Shown here piece after piece: positions 59,035 to 59,795 of a DNA stretch of 59,795 bases. The DNA lies in NCBI GenBank assembly GCA_028826165.1, contig JAPDFW010000036.1, positions 1 to 59,795 of the forward strand, in the 5' to 3' direction. The DNA is from Anaeramoeba ignava BMAN (lineage: Eukaryota > Protista > Anaeramoebae). Within the stretch, counting starts at the first letter, position 1; every line of letters begins with the position of its first letter. The translations under genes and the position numbers were made by a program. The notes under the pieces were generated by a model. It was given only the letters and a program-made list of their open reading frames with translations, was not told where the DNA came from and did not search any database.

Positions 59035-59795
59035 ATGAATGAAAATAATGAAAAAAAAGAAGGAAATAATAGTTTGAGGTTTTAAAAATTTAAAATTAAA
59101 AATTTAAATTTAAAAATTTTATCTTTATTTTTGTCTTTTAGATTTGAATATTCAGAAGAATATGATTATGATTCTTTAACAATAAATTTCACAATCAATA
59201 TTATTTAAGCAAATGTAAATAAAAACTTTATCAAAAATAAATATATTTATTATTTAAAAATTATAAATAAAAAAAGCTTTAATTGAAGAAGATTATAATT
59301 TAGCAATTAAAGGATTTGAGAAAAATACTTGATAGGAAACAGAAAAACTGAATGGGGATTTAAAACATTAAAACAAATAGTGAAATTATATTTTGAAGAA
59401 AGTATTCATTAATGTTGAAAAATATTATCAACAACTTTATATATTGATATATGGATTGTAAATAGATTTGAAAATGTAAAGAAATGAATAAATTTAAATT
59501 TAAAATAAATTTAATAAAAATTATAAGCGTGTAAAATAGTGTGCATTTAAAATTCCAACATTCACAAGATTTAAATTTAGATTTTGGTTACTTGAAAATT
59601 TTATAAAATGCTAAAACAATTTCCAAAGAAGAAAATTGGAGACTTTCATTTTCAATCAATTTAAAACTAGGAGATCTTTATCTTCAACATAAAAATTTCT
59701 CAACTTTTATTTAATAACATTACATACGCGTGTGTAGATCCTGAAGATTAAACACACACAAACAAACAAAATTACTTAGAAATATAATTCATTAA
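59035..59795 (+). CDS. COPS2: COP9 signalosome subunit 2-like, 5' part, error-ridden (absent from the ORF track)
   Basis: Manual translation of fragments: FEYSEE..NQYYLSK; AIKGFEK..EKTEWGFKTLKQIVKLYF; NWRLSFSINLKLGDLY, matching CSN2 NQYYNSK/GEWGFKALKQ/RLWFKTNTKLGKLY. Confidence 0.75.

Noticed and set aside
1-59795. Alternative genetic code or non-canonical introns
   Set aside because: Well-assembled genes translate with the standard code and end in TAA, TAG or TGA; all introns I resolved are GT-AG.

Overview
Extremely AT-rich, gene-dense eukaryotic (protist) genomic DNA with canonical GT-AG introns and the standard code. The poly-QN tracts and the RCC1-BTB gene are reminiscent of the metamonad Anaeramoeba, but this is an inference and was not tested. 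The first 12 kb hold a tandem array of four paralogous type-I membrane proteins (signal peptide, FG-GAP beta-propeller, about 5 FN3 domains, TM helix, short basic tail). Their blade number, blade order and loop residues differ between copies, and the copies are mosaics of each other, so this is a candidate diversifying surface-receptor system. The array is followed by an RCC1-BTB gene ending in a CaaX box, and a decayed copy of that gene's 3' end survives inside the array. The rest is housekeeping: SCYL1, a divergent RPL10A, FKBP-TPR, Rab21-like, IleRS, an orphan gene, RecQ/BLM, a UBR-type E3, a WIPI/ATG18 PROPPIN, SMC4, a very divergent NIPBL/Scc2, myotubularin and the 5' part of CSN2. Most long introns are filled with intron-specific satellites. 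Sequence quality looks poor (homopolymer indels) at roughly <6 kb and >44 kb. Most short ORF-track entries are shadow or repeat ORFs. All gene models were assembled by hand and no searches were run.
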